A stretch of DNA of 50,920 nt from a virus (taxonomy: Duplodnaviria > Caudoviricetes). Below are positions 24,950 to 33,851 of this stretch, piece by piece; the first letter of the stretch is position 1; each line of letters opens with the position of its first letter. The notes beneath the pieces were generated by a model that did not search any database, was not told where the DNA came from, and saw nothing but the letters and a program-made list of their open reading frames with translations. The stretch spans positions 1 through 50,920 of IMG/VR virus record IMGVR_UViG_3300048578_000034; one strand, given 5' to 3'. Made by a program: the position numbers and the translations under genes.

Positions 24950-25522
24950 ATGCCCAACCTGAACCATGCCCTAGCCGGGCTGAGGGCCGCAGATCGTCGC
25001 GATGCCCTCAAAGACCTAGCCTCGGAAATCCTTGCCCTAGATCGCAGCAAGATGCCGAAGCGGGCTCCGCGAAACCCCGCCAAGAATGCGGCGATCGTCG
25101 CGGGCTGTCGGCAGGTCTACGTGATTGGCACTCCCGGACACCCGGTGAAGATCGGTGTTGCGGGCGACCCAAAGAAGCGGCTGGCTGGGCTGCAGACGGG
25201 CTGCGCCTTCAAGCTCCGCCTGCTTTACGCGCGCGTTTGCCCCCTAGGCTATGAGCTGAAGGTCGAGACAGCGTGTCATAAGGCGCTGCGAAGCTACCGC
25301 GTGGCGGGCGAATGGTTCGACGTCTCGCGAGAGCAGGCCGTCAACGTTGTGCGCGAACAGCTGCATCGCTACCAGGCCATTGCGATGGAGGCGGACCCGG
25401 AGACGCCTATGTTGCTCACCTCCGCTTCAGCCTCGCCCCATAAGCCGGCCGCTCAAGCCCCACCGGCAGATCAACCTTCACACGCTCCGGCGCATCCAGA
25501 CCCAGACGCAGCAGCGCGATAA
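24950..25522 (+). CDS. GIY-YIG/T5orf172-like nuclease domain protein
   Basis: VYVIG...VKIG...RLAGLQTG...E...H...GEWF; ATG after GGAG. Confidence 0.8.
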   Translation: MPNLNHALAGLRAADRRDALKDLASEILALDRSKMPKRAPRNPAKNAAIVAGCRQVYVIGTPGHPVKIGVAGDPKKRLAGLQTGCAFKLRLLYARVCPLGYELKVETACHKALRSYRVAGEWFDVSREQAVNVVREQLHRYQAIAMEADPETPMLLTSASASPHKPAAQAPPADQPSHAPAHPDPDAAAR

Positions 25523-25628
25523 GCGCCGCGTTCCGGGTCATGCCCCGCTTACCCGCCCAGCCTTCTACAGCCTCCAGCACATCAGCCGGAGGTCGGAACG
25601 ATAGGGGCGGGGACTTCGGTTGGGCCAT
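25416..25628 (-). CDS. Arc/ribbon-helix-helix protein
   Basis: PLSFRPPADVLEAVEGWAGKRGMTRNAALIALL. Confidence 0.65.
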   Translation of the reverse strand: MAQPKSPPLSFRPPADVLEAVEGWAGKRGMTRNAALIALLRLGLDAPERVKVDLPVGLERPAYGARLKRR

Positions 25629-25683
25629 GGGGATGTAATACATCCTAGGGCGTCGGCCCGCATCATCAAAACGAGGCCCCGAC

Positions 25684-25869
25684 ATGCTGACCATCCTGGC
25701 TGCGATCTATCTCGGCGGCATCGTCGCGAAGACCCCTGAGATCGTGTCGATGATCGCGTCCGGTCACTATGGCATCGCGGCCCTGGAGTCGCTCGGCTGG
25801 CCCGCGGTCCTGGTCATGCACGCCGCAGGCCTCGCCAGCATCGAAACCGACATCGACACGCGCGACTAA
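25684..25869 (+). CDS. Small membrane protein
   Basis: GAGG RBS, two hydrophobic segments. Confidence 0.5.
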   Translation: MLTILAAIYLGGIVAKTPEIVSMIASGHYGIAALESLGWPAVLVMHAAGLASIETDIDTRD

Positions 25870-25978
25870 GCGCCCCCTTCGCGCCCAGCCCAACGCCTCA
25901 ACATCCCAGAGGCGAGACCATCTCAGCCCTACACATGCGCGTTGGGGCTGCGGCGCGATCCTATGACCGGAGGGACAC

Positions 25979-26398
25979 ATGCCCGCCCTCAAGAACGCCA
26001 GGCATGAACGGTTCGCCCAGGAGCTGGCGAAGGGCGAGACGGCCGATGCGGCTTACGTCGCCGCCGGCTTTAAAGCAAATCGCGGAAACGCGGCCACGCT
26101 CAAAGCAAATCAAAGCGTGAAGGATCGCGTCGAGGAGCTTCAAGGCCGCGCCGCGGAAAAGGCCGAATGGACCGCCGCTGATCGCCTGATCATGCTCCAG
26201 GCCATCGCCCTCAACAGCCTAGCGGTTGAGCCGCGCGTCTCTGTCGCGGCGATCGCTGAGGCGAACAAGATGCAGGGCAGTCATGCCCCGGTGAAGCAAG
26301 ACCTGACGTCAAGCGACGGGTCTATGGCGCCGCCCAGCCTAATCCAGATCGTCCCTATCGCGCCAAAGCATGACCGCAGCGCAGATCCAGCTTCCTGA
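25979..26398 (+). CDS. terS: Terminase small subunit
   Basis: LKNARHERFAQ...AYVAAG N-terminus, directly upstream of terL. Confidence 0.85.
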   Translation: MPALKNARHERFAQELAKGETADAAYVAAGFKANRGNAATLKANQSVKDRVEELQGRAAEKAEWTAADRLIMLQAIALNSLAVEPRVSVAAIAEANKMQGSHAPVKQDLTSSDGSMAPPSLIQIVPIAPKHDRSADPAS

Positions 26399-27635
26399 GA
26401 AGCTGGTCCCGGTCTTCGCGCCGCCTCGGGGTTCGTTCAAGTATCGCTGCCTCTACGGCGGCCGGGGCAGCGCCAAGAGCTTCACCGCGGCTAAGATGGC
26501 GGCCATCTGGGGTTACGCCGAGCCGCTGCGCATCCTGTGCGCGCGAGAGTTTCAGGAGTCGATCTCCGAAAGCTTCCACGCCGAGCTTAAAGCGGCGATA
26601 GCGTCTGAGCCTTGGCTGGCCGACGCCTACGACGTGGGCAAGGATTACCTTCGCGGTAGGAACGGAACTGAGTTCATCTTCCGCGGCCTGCGGCGCACCG
26701 TGAACACCATCCGGTCGCTGGCAAAGATCGACCTGACCATCGTCGAGGAAGCCGAAGACGTCCCCGAGGTGTCATGGTTGGCGCTCGAGGCCACGGTCTT
26801 CCGCCAACCTAGCGCCGAGCTGTGGGCGATCTGGAACCCCAGGACGGAAGCCACCAAAGGCGCCGATGGGCGTTGGACCGGCTCACCAGTCGATGCGCGG
26901 TTTCGTAAGGAGCCGCCAGAGCGATCTGCCATCATTGAGGTCAACTGGCACGATAACCCGTTCTTTCCCGTTGGCCTGGACGAGTTGCGCAGGCGAGAGC
27001 TGGAGCGGCTTGACCCGAACACCTACGCCCACGTCTGGGAAGGCGCTTACCTCACCAATTCCGACCGCCAAGTGCTGGGCGGGAAATGGGAGGTCCGCCA
27101 GTTTACGCCTCAGCCCGACTGGCAAGGGCCGTATCAGGGCGGCGACTTCGGATATGCCCAGGACCCGGCCGCCGCGGTTCGGTGCTGGGTCCATGACGAC
27201 GTGCTGTATGTTGAGCGCGAGGCCGGCAAGGTCAAACTTGAGATCGACGACTACGCCACCTTCTTCAGCGGCAAAATCCCCGGCTTCGAGCAGTACGCGA
27301 CCCGCTGGGACAGCGCCCGGCCGGAGAACATCGGCTATATCGTGCGCCACGGCCTGCCCAAGTCTGAGGCGGTCAAGAAGTGGCCCGGGTCTGTCGAGGA
27401 TGGCATCGCCTTCCTGCGGGCCTTCAAACGCATCGTCATCCACGAGCGGTGCGTAGAGACGGCCCGTGAGGCCAGGCTCTACAGCCACAAGGTTGACCGC
27501 CTGAGCGGCGACGTCCTTCCCGATGTCGTCGACGCCCACAACCACTTCATCGACGCCCTGCGCTACGCCCTCGGGCCGATGATCCGGCAGCGCCCAGGGC
27601 AGCAGGGCTCTTCCAACCGCTTCTCCTGGGGGTGA
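26370..27635 (+). CDS. terL: Terminase large subunit (PBSX-like)
   Basis: YGGRGSAKS, VEEAE, WNP, DFGY..DP, NHFIDALRYA. Confidence 0.95.
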   Translation: MTAAQIQLPEKLVPVFAPPRGSFKYRCLYGGRGSAKSFTAAKMAAIWGYAEPLRILCAREFQESISESFHAELKAAIASEPWLADAYDVGKDYLRGRNGTEFIFRGLRRTVNTIRSLAKIDLTIVEEAEDVPEVSWLALEATVFRQPSAELWAIWNPRTEATKGADGRWTGSPVDARFRKEPPERSAIIEVNWHDNPFFPVGLDELRRRELERLDPNTYAHVWEGAYLTNSDRQVLGGKWEVRQFTPQPDWQGPYQGGDFGYAQDPAAAVRCWVHDDVLYVEREAGKVKLEIDDYATFFSGKIPGFEQYATRWDSARPENIGYIVRHGLPKSEAVKKWPGSVEDGIAFLRAFKRIVIHERCVETAREARLYSHKVDRLSGDVLPDVVDAHNHFIDALRYALGPMIRQRPGQQGSSNRFSWG

Positions 27636-27636
27636 C

Positions 27637-29082
27637 ATGGCCAACGTCTCGACACCCTCCGCAGCCTATGAGGCGATGCGCCCGCTCTGGGAGATGATCT
27701 CCGACATTCTGGCTGGGCCTGAAGCGATCCGGGCGAAGGGCGAGAAGTACCTTCCAGCCTATAAATCCGAGACCGAAGAGCTGAACCGAACTGAGTACAA
27801 GCGCCGTCTGGCCTCGACGCCATGGCGCCCTGAGTTTGAGGACGCGATCAGGACGCTCGCCGCCAAGCCGTTCAGCAAGGACGTGAGCCTTACTGGGGGC
27901 GCTTCGCCACGCCTTCGTGAGTTGTCGGAAGATATCGACGGCCGCGGGAACAACCTGACCGTCTTCGCCCGGTCGGTGTTTGAGGAGGCCCTGGCCTTCG
28001 GTTGTCACGCCATCCTGGTTGATAACAGCGGGAGCGGCGGCGCGCGGACCCAAGCCGAGGAGCGCGCCCAGGGCGTCCGTCCCTATTGGGTCAGCATCCG
28101 CGCCGACAAGATCATCTCCCTGCGCACCGCGTTCATCGGTGGCCGCGAGGTCATCACTGAGGCTCGCATCCGCGCCGACGAGGTTGAGGTCGACGGCTAC
28201 GCGGAGAAGGTTGTTGAAAAGGTGCGGGTCTATACGCCCGGCGCCTGGCAGCTCTGGAAGAAGGTTGACGGAACGCCCGACGCTGAGGCGTGGGTGATGG
28301 AGTCAGAAGGCCCTATGGCGCCCCTGACGGAGGTTCCGCTGGCCCTGATCTGGACCGGGCGCCGCAAGGGTTCGCAACAGGTCCGCCCGCCACTCGGTTC
28401 GCTCGCCGACATGCAGATGGAGATCTATCGGGCGCTGTCGCGGAAGGATGAGGTTTACACCTACGCCGGCTCGCCCATGCTGGTTGGCGAGGGCATCTCC
28501 CCGCCCGGTCCCGATAGCCCGCCGGTCCTGATCGGGCCGAAGCGCATCCTGTTCGCCCCCAGCCGGGAGAGCGGGACCAATCCGACCTACAAGTACATCC
28601 AGCCCGACGCCGCGGTCCTGACCGAAATCCGCGAGGACGTCGACAAGCTGATCGACGACTTCCGCCGCTTGGCCATGCAGCCGCTTACGACGCGCTCTGG
28701 CGGGATTACGGCCACGGCAGCGGCTATCGAGGGGGCGAAGGCGCATTCCGCCGTTGAGGCCTGGGCTTTGGCTCTGAAGGACACCCTTGAGCAGGCCCTG
28801 GTGTTCACCGCGCAGTGGCTTGGCGAGCAGACCGAGGCCGAGGTCGTGATCAACACCGACTTTGGCGTCGAGGCTTTCGCGCAAGCCCCGCTGGATGCGC
28901 TGGCGAAGGCCCGTGAGGCCCGCGAGATCAGCCGCGAAGCCTACATCGAAGGCCTCAAGCGGTTTGACGTCCTGCCGCCCGACTTTGATGGCGAGGCCGA
29001 CCTGACCCGGATCACCGAGGAGCTTCCCGGCGACCCGACCGACGAAGACGAACGCGCCGCCCTTGGCGCCCAAGCCGCATAG
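27637..29082 (+). CDS. Portal protein (DUF4055-like)
   Basis: Position after terL, 481 aa, KYLP...YKRRL and RPYW patterns. Confidence 0.85.
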   Translation: MANVSTPSAAYEAMRPLWEMISDILAGPEAIRAKGEKYLPAYKSETEELNRTEYKRRLASTPWRPEFEDAIRTLAAKPFSKDVSLTGGASPRLRELSEDIDGRGNNLTVFARSVFEEALAFGCHAILVDNSGSGGARTQAEERAQGVRPYWVSIRADKIISLRTAFIGGREVITEARIRADEVEVDGYAEKVVEKVRVYTPGAWQLWKKVDGTPDAEAWVMESEGPMAPLTEVPLALIWTGRRKGSQQVRPPLGSLADMQMEIYRALSRKDEVYTYAGSPMLVGEGISPPGPDSPPVLIGPKRILFAPSRESGTNPTYKYIQPDAAVLTEIREDVDKLIDDFRRLAMQPLTTRSGGITATAAAIEGAKAHSAVEAWALALKDTLEQALVFTAQWLGEQTEAEVVINTDFGVEAFAQAPLDALAKAREAREISREAYIEGLKRFDVLPPDFDGEADLTRITEELPGDPTDEDERAALGAQAA

Positions 29083-29091
29083 GAGCCAGAT

Positions 29092-29409
29092 ATGGCCGAT
29101 CCCGTCACAGGCTCCTTCACGGCCACCGGCCAGAGCGAGTCCTTCCGCCCTGACCTGCGCAGCATTCACATGCTGGGCGCCACGTTTAACATCTCCATTT
29201 GGGGCACGTTCACCGGGACCATCGACCTGGAGCGGTCCTTTGACGACGGCTCGACCTGGCTGAAGTGTTCGCGAGACAGCGCCGGGACCTCGGCCAGTTT
29301 CACCGCCGCCGCCTCTGTCGTGGTGGAAGAGCCCGAGGCCGGCGTTCTCTACCGCCTGAACTGCACGGCCTACACCTCTGGCACCATCAACTACCGTCTG
29401 AGCCAATAG
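29092..29409 (+). CDS. Small beta-rich virion protein (possible head decoration or spike base)
   Basis: AGGAG RBS; Thr/Ser/Gly-rich beta pattern, LERSFDDGSTW. Confidence 0.6.
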   Translation: MADPVTGSFTATGQSESFRPDLRSIHMLGATFNISIWGTFTGTIDLERSFDDGSTWLKCSRDSAGTSASFTAAASVVVEEPEAGVLYRLNCTAYTSGTINYRLSQ

Positions 29410-30681
29410 ATGCTCATCCGTGGTGTTGTATCTAGCCCTGTCAGGGGGGTTGTGGGGTCGGGGTTTGGGGGTGGGGGTGATGGCGGCGCTCTTTCTGAGG
29501 CGCGCCTGCTAGTCCAAGCCAACGCCGCCGACGTTGACGTTCTGGTCATCTCGGATAGCACGGGCGACAGCACGTCTGAGTGGCCACACTTGTTTGCGGT
29601 CTGGCTTGCCGCCCAGCATCCATCGCACACGGTTCAGTATCGTCCTTGGAATACAGGTTCCGAGGCCTATGACGCGGCGACAACTATTTCGACGGGTACT
29701 GGTCCGAGGACCATTACGTTGTTCAATCTGGCCGTTTCTGGCAGTGTGCCCGATCAGTGGCTGGGCAGCCTGTTTTCGCCGGCTATTGCTTCGCTTTCGC
29801 CCGATCTTATCATCTTCAATCACGGCCACAACTTAACCGGATTGGTGGCAGGTGTCTTGCGCGGAAGGCTCTTGTCCGCAACCGAGCAGACTTCGCAGGC
29901 TCAACCAGGCGTGCCTATAGCTCTGCTGATCCAAAACCCCCGCCGCGATGATGATTTGTATGCGCCCATCGCCGCAGAACTCCGCAAAATCGCGGATCAG
30001 CGCGGCTTCGACATCATAGATGTTTACTCCAGGTTCATCGCCGCCGGTAAGCCTGCGGATTGGTACGCTGACAGCGTACACCCAAATGCGGCGGGCCAAG
30101 CGCAATTCCTGGCTGTGACGCAAGAGCGGTGGCTGACCAACCGAGGCGCTAGTGATATTGGCCGCCCTTCGTGGCTGGACGCCCTGGGCGACAACCTGCT
30201 GACAAATGGCGACTTTTCGGCTTTCGCCAGCGCGGTTCCTGACGGATGGACGTTGAGCGGTAACGGCGTCTTGACGAAAGATACGACCGTTACGGACGGC
30301 CCAGCTCCTTACTCAGTCAAAATTGTCAATGGCTCCACGGCAACGACCCTGCTGCAAAACATCACGGGTTCCGCCGCGCTAGCCCTGAGAGGAAAAACAG
30401 TAACTCTAGTGACTCGGTATCGTATTGACGCTGGCGGCAACGCCAATGCGGGCCGGAATAGGGTGTTTTCAAACGAAACTGGCGCGGTTCTTACCGCTGC
30501 AAATGTCGGCCACATTGCAAACGATGCGTTCAAGTACAGCATCGTTTCTGGCGTTCTGATCGGCGCCGATGCAACGATTATTGGCGCATATGTTAGCGCC
30601 CACTCAACCGGCGGATCGGTCGGCACCATCTATATTGATAGCGTTGGGTTGTACGAGGGCGAAGTGCCTTACGGCATTTAA
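29410..30681 (+). CDS. SGNH/GDSL esterase fused to a carbohydrate-binding-like domain
   Basis: SDS, NLAVSG, NHGHN and DSVHPN blocks; NLLTNGDF starts a CBM4/9-like domain; Gly-rich N-terminus; AT-richer than flanks. Confidence 0.8.
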   Translation: MLIRGVVSSPVRGVVGSGFGGGGDGGALSEARLLVQANAADVDVLVISDSTGDSTSEWPHLFAVWLAAQHPSHTVQYRPWNTGSEAYDAATTISTGTGPRTITLFNLAVSGSVPDQWLGSLFSPAIASLSPDLIIFNHGHNLTGLVAGVLRGRLLSATEQTSQAQPGVPIALLIQNPRRDDDLYAPIAAELRKIADQRGFDIIDVYSRFIAAGKPADWYADSVHPNAAGQAQFLAVTQERWLTNRGASDIGRPSWLDALGDNLLTNGDFSAFASAVPDGWTLSGNGVLTKDTTVTDGPAPYSVKIVNGSTATTLLQNITGSAALALRGKTVTLVTRYRIDAGGNANAGRNRVFSNETGAVLTAANVGHIANDAFKYSIVSGVLIGADATIIGAYVSAHSTGGSVGTIYIDSVGLYEGEVPYGI

Positions 30682-30762
30682 CGCGCGTGCGCGTTGTTCT
30701 TCCGCCCCCAACCCCAGGAGCCCTGCCACCGGGGCGCATCCGTTTGCACGGCAGGAGCGCCA

Positions 30763-31335
30763 ATGATCGACCCAGCCGCCTTCATCCACCCCAAGGCCCA
30801 TGTCGAGGACTCGATCATAGGCGCGGGCTCCAAGGTCTGGCAGTTCGCATCGGTGATCCGCGGGACCGTGCTGGGCCGGGACTGCAGCGTCGGCGCTGGG
30901 GCTTGCCTGGATGGCCCGATCTTCGGCGACCGCTGCATCATCAGCCCGTTCGTCGATATCGGCCCGGGCTTCCTGATCGGGGACGACGTGTTCCTCGGCC
31001 CATCGGTTGTTCTCTGCAACGACAGTTGGCCTCGGGTCGATAAGACCGGCTGGGATGTCGAGATGCTGAAGGACGGCCGCTGCGTCGCGGTCATCATCGA
31101 AGACGGGGCGAGCCTTGGCGCTCACGCCGTGGTCATGCCGGGGGTCAGGATCGGGGCTAGGGCCATGGTCGCGGCCAACGCCACCGTGACCCATGACGTG
31201 CCGGCCGATCACCTCTGGACCCGCGATGGCCAGGTGGTCCCGATCAACGGCGCCTGGACGAAAAAGCGGATGCGGAACGTGCAGCGCCCTGATGAGCCGG
31301 TGTTCAGCGTTCTTGTGAGCGGGGAGGCGGCATGA
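30763..31335 (+). CDS. Hexapeptide-repeat sugar acyltransferase
   Basis: FIHPKAHVE, IGAGSKVWQF, IGDDVFLGPSVVLCND, VTHDVP, as in WxcM/FdtC/WbpD-type enzymes. Confidence 0.88.
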   Translation: MIDPAAFIHPKAHVEDSIIGAGSKVWQFASVIRGTVLGRDCSVGAGACLDGPIFGDRCIISPFVDIGPGFLIGDDVFLGPSVVLCNDSWPRVDKTGWDVEMLKDGRCVAVIIEDGASLGAHAVVMPGVRIGARAMVAANATVTHDVPADHLWTRDGQVVPINGAWTKKRMRNVQRPDEPVFSVLVSGEAA

Positions 31336-31574
31336 GCGATCAGCGTTGCGGTCTTTGCCGGTTCTGGCCTCTCGATCCGTGGGCTGTTGAGCGCCAGCAG
31401 GATAACGCGGCCCGGGAGTTCGGCGCGAGCTACATGCCCGAGTTGTCGGATTGCCGCCGTCGGGCGCCCGTCCGTCTGTCTGAAACCGGCGAGCAGGGCG
31501 CGTTCCCAAAGGTCGACCGCCATTCGTGGTGCGGCGAGTTCGAGCGCGACGAAAAGCGGTTGCCCCGCCAATGA
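31332..31574 (+). CDS. Small Cys-rich protein
   Basis: CGLCRFW...CRRRAP...FP...WCGEF; ATGA-coupled both sides. Confidence 0.65.
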   Translation: MSDQRCGLCRFWPLDPWAVERQQDNAAREFGASYMPELSDCRRRAPVRLSETGEQGAFPKVDRHSWCGEFERDEKRLPRQ

Positions 31575-32200
31575 TCACCGTCGCCACCCTCCTATGGAGC
31601 CCAAACCGCCACAGCCGCGACTTCTCCTCGATGTATTCAGAGGCCTGGGTCGAAAAGCTTTATCGCGGGTTCGCCCGCAATCTCAGCCAGCCCTTCCGGT
31701 TCGTCTGCTACACCGACCGGCCCCGGACCTTCCGCGAGCCCATCGTCCAGGCCAGGATCGCGTCGCCAGAGCCTTCATACGCCGACTGCATCCAGCCCTA
31801 TGAGATGGGCGAGCCGATGATCCTGGTCGGCCTGGACACCGTGATCTGCGGCAACATCGACCACCTCGCCGACTACTGCCTGACCGGCGACGTCATCGGC
31901 CTGCCGGTTGACCCCTACGCCAAGGGCAAGGGGGGCGAGCGCATCGCCTGCAACGGCGTGGCCCTGGTCCCCGCCGGCCATGAGCATGTGTTCACCGCCT
32001 GGAATGGTGAGAACGACATGGACTGGATGAGGCGCAACGAACACGTCTTTATCGACGACCTGTGGCCCGGTGAGGTTGTGAGCTACAAGGCCAACGTCCG
32101 CAAGAACGGCCTCGGCGCCGCGCGCATTTGTTACTTTCACGGGCAAGAAAAGCCGCACCAACTGGAGGCCGCGAACCCCGTCCTGCGGCACTGGATTTGA
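31571..32200 (+). CDS. GT-A fold glycosyltransferase-like protein
   Basis: VEKLYRGFARNL, FVCYTD, GLDTVICGNID, YFHGQEKPH pattern of GT8-like phage enzymes. Confidence 0.75.
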   Translation: MITVATLLWSPNRHSRDFSSMYSEAWVEKLYRGFARNLSQPFRFVCYTDRPRTFREPIVQARIASPEPSYADCIQPYEMGEPMILVGLDTVICGNIDHLADYCLTGDVIGLPVDPYAKGKGGERIACNGVALVPAGHEHVFTAWNGENDMDWMRRNEHVFIDDLWPGEVVSYKANVRKNGLGAARICYFHGQEKPHQLEAANPVLRHWI

Positions 32201-32754
32201 GGGTCGCCCTGGTCCTAGGTGGCGGAAACACCGTCTGGGATGATTTCACCGCAGCCCTCGACCTTGGCGAGTTCGACGGGACCGTCGCGTGCAATGACGC
32301 TGGCGTGGCCTATCCCGGCCGCCTCGACGCCTGGGTCAGCCTGCACGCCATGTCGTTCAAGGTCTGGACCGCGCGCCGGGCCAAACAGGGCCTGCCGCCA
32401 CACCGCAAGCTGGTCGCCCACGACCTGAGCCCAACCGAGCGCAGATACGCACCGGCCTGCGTTGCGGACTACAGCGACCATCGCTTTCCTGGGCAGGTCC
32501 ATAGCGGATCGTCCGGCCTCTTCGCCCTAAAGGTCGCCCTGATCGACCTCGGCTTCGACAAGGCGGTCCTCTGCGGCGTCCCCATGACGACAGAGGCCGC
32601 GCACTTCTTCGACGACAGGCCCTGGACCGGGGCTGGCGCGCACAAGACCGGCTGGCGCGAGGCCATGCCGCAGATCAAGGACCGAGCCCGCAGCATGTCG
32701 GGCTGGACCATGGAACAGCTCGGCGCGCCTGACGCGGCTTGGCTTACGCAATAG
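32197..32754 (+). CDS. Maf/CstII-like (sialyltransferase-type) glycosyltransferase-like protein
   Basis: ALVLGGG, VACN, SSGLFAL..A...GFDKAVLCGVPM, HFF; TTG start overlapping the upstream stop. Confidence 0.6.
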   Translation: MRVALVLGGGNTVWDDFTAALDLGEFDGTVACNDAGVAYPGRLDAWVSLHAMSFKVWTARRAKQGLPPHRKLVAHDLSPTERRYAPACVADYSDHRFPGQVHSGSSGLFALKVALIDLGFDKAVLCGVPMTTEAAHFFDDRPWTGAGAHKTGWREAMPQIKDRARSMSGWTMEQLGAPDAAWLTQ

Positions 32755-32891
32755 GCCCTGGCCTTTTCCGGGGCGGACCCTCGGGGCGCCGCCTTCAACG
32801 TCCAGACTGATCGTCTCACTGGCGCGGCCAAGGGCCTAACGGGTCTCTCAGCGCCAAAGCCTGGAAAGCCCCGAACACCTTTTAGCCGAAC

Positions 32892-32951
32892 CCTGCGGAT
32901 GCAGGACGGCGCAACGGGCGGGATCGCCCAACAGCCGCCGGCGGATGCCGG
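32892..32951 (+). promoter_or_regulatory. Three GGAU-loop hairpins in the scaffold leader
   Basis: CCTGC-GGAT-GCAGG, GGGCG-GGAT-CGCCC, CCGGC-GGAT-GCCGG. Confidence 0.7.
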
Positions 32952-32964
32952 AGAAAGCCAAACC

Positions 32965-33744
32965 ATGAAGCTGCAAACTGTCGAGATCGACGGCAAGACC
33001 TATGCCCAAGTCCAAGACGGAAAACCCGTTTACCTGGACGACGCGGGGAAGGAGGTCGCCTTTGACGCCCCCGGGACGGTTCAGACCATCTCCCGCCTGA
33101 ATGGCGAGGCTATGACTCACCGCCAGGCCAAGGAAGCGGCCGAAGCTAAGGTGAAGGCCTTTGAGGGCATCACCGACCCGGCCGCCGCCAGGAAGGCTTT
33201 GGAAACCGTCGCTGGCCTCGACGCCAAGAAGCTGATCGATGCTGGCGAAATCGAGCGCGTCAAGTCGGAAATCTCCGGCTCTTTCCAAGCGCAGATCGAA
33301 GAGCTGACCGGCAAGCTCAAGGCTCGCGACCAGCAAGTCTATGACCTCAATGTCGGCCACGCCTTCGCCGGCTCCAAGTTCATCGCCGACAAGGTCGCCG
33401 TCCCGCCCCACCTGCTGAAGGCCACTTATGGGGGCAACTTCAAGGAAGAAGACGGCAAGCTGGTCGCCTACGACGGCAACGGCCAGAAAATCTACAGCCG
33501 CTCAAACCCAGGTGAGCTGGCCAGCTTTGACGAGGCCCTTGAGATGATCGTCAACGCAGATCCCTTCAAGGATCATATTCTGAAGGGCACGGGCGCCGCG
33601 GGGTCTGGCGCCAAGCCGGGCGAGGGCGGGCCTGGCGCTGCGAAAACCTACACGCGGACTGAGTTCGACAAGCTGACCCCCGCCGCCGCCGCCGCCGCCG
33701 CAAAAGACGTGCGCGAAGGCAAGGCGTCCATCGTCGACGCCTAG
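32965..33744 (+). CDS. Capsid scaffolding protein (DUF6651-like)
   Basis: DGKPVY..D.GKEVAFDA, TISRLNGEA, GELASFDEAL; directly before the coat gene. Confidence 0.82.
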   Translation: MKLQTVEIDGKTYAQVQDGKPVYLDDAGKEVAFDAPGTVQTISRLNGEAMTHRQAKEAAEAKVKAFEGITDPAAARKALETVAGLDAKKLIDAGEIERVKSEISGSFQAQIEELTGKLKARDQQVYDLNVGHAFAGSKFIADKVAVPPHLLKATYGGNFKEEDGKLVAYDGNGQKIYSRSNPGELASFDEALEMIVNADPFKDHILKGTGAAGSGAKPGEGGPGAAKTYTRTEFDKLTPAAAAAAAKDVREGKASIVDA

Positions 33745-33761
33745 GCCGACGCTAGAGCTTT

Positions 33762-33804
33762 GCCGACTTCCTGGATGGGTGTCGGCGCCCGAGGCGGATG
33801 CCTC
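33762..33804 (+). promoter_or_regulatory. Two GGAU-loop hairpins in the capsid leader
   Basis: GCCGAC..CCT-GGAT-GGG.GTCGGC and GAGGC-GGAT-GCCTC. Confidence 0.65.
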
Positions 33805-33851
33805 AACCGTGACTGAAACCACCTGACATCCATCCCGAAAGGAGGCCTCAA

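Noticed and set aside
33681-33700. GCC trinucleotide run
   Set aside because: In-frame poly-Ala in the scaffold; unit changes would not shift frame
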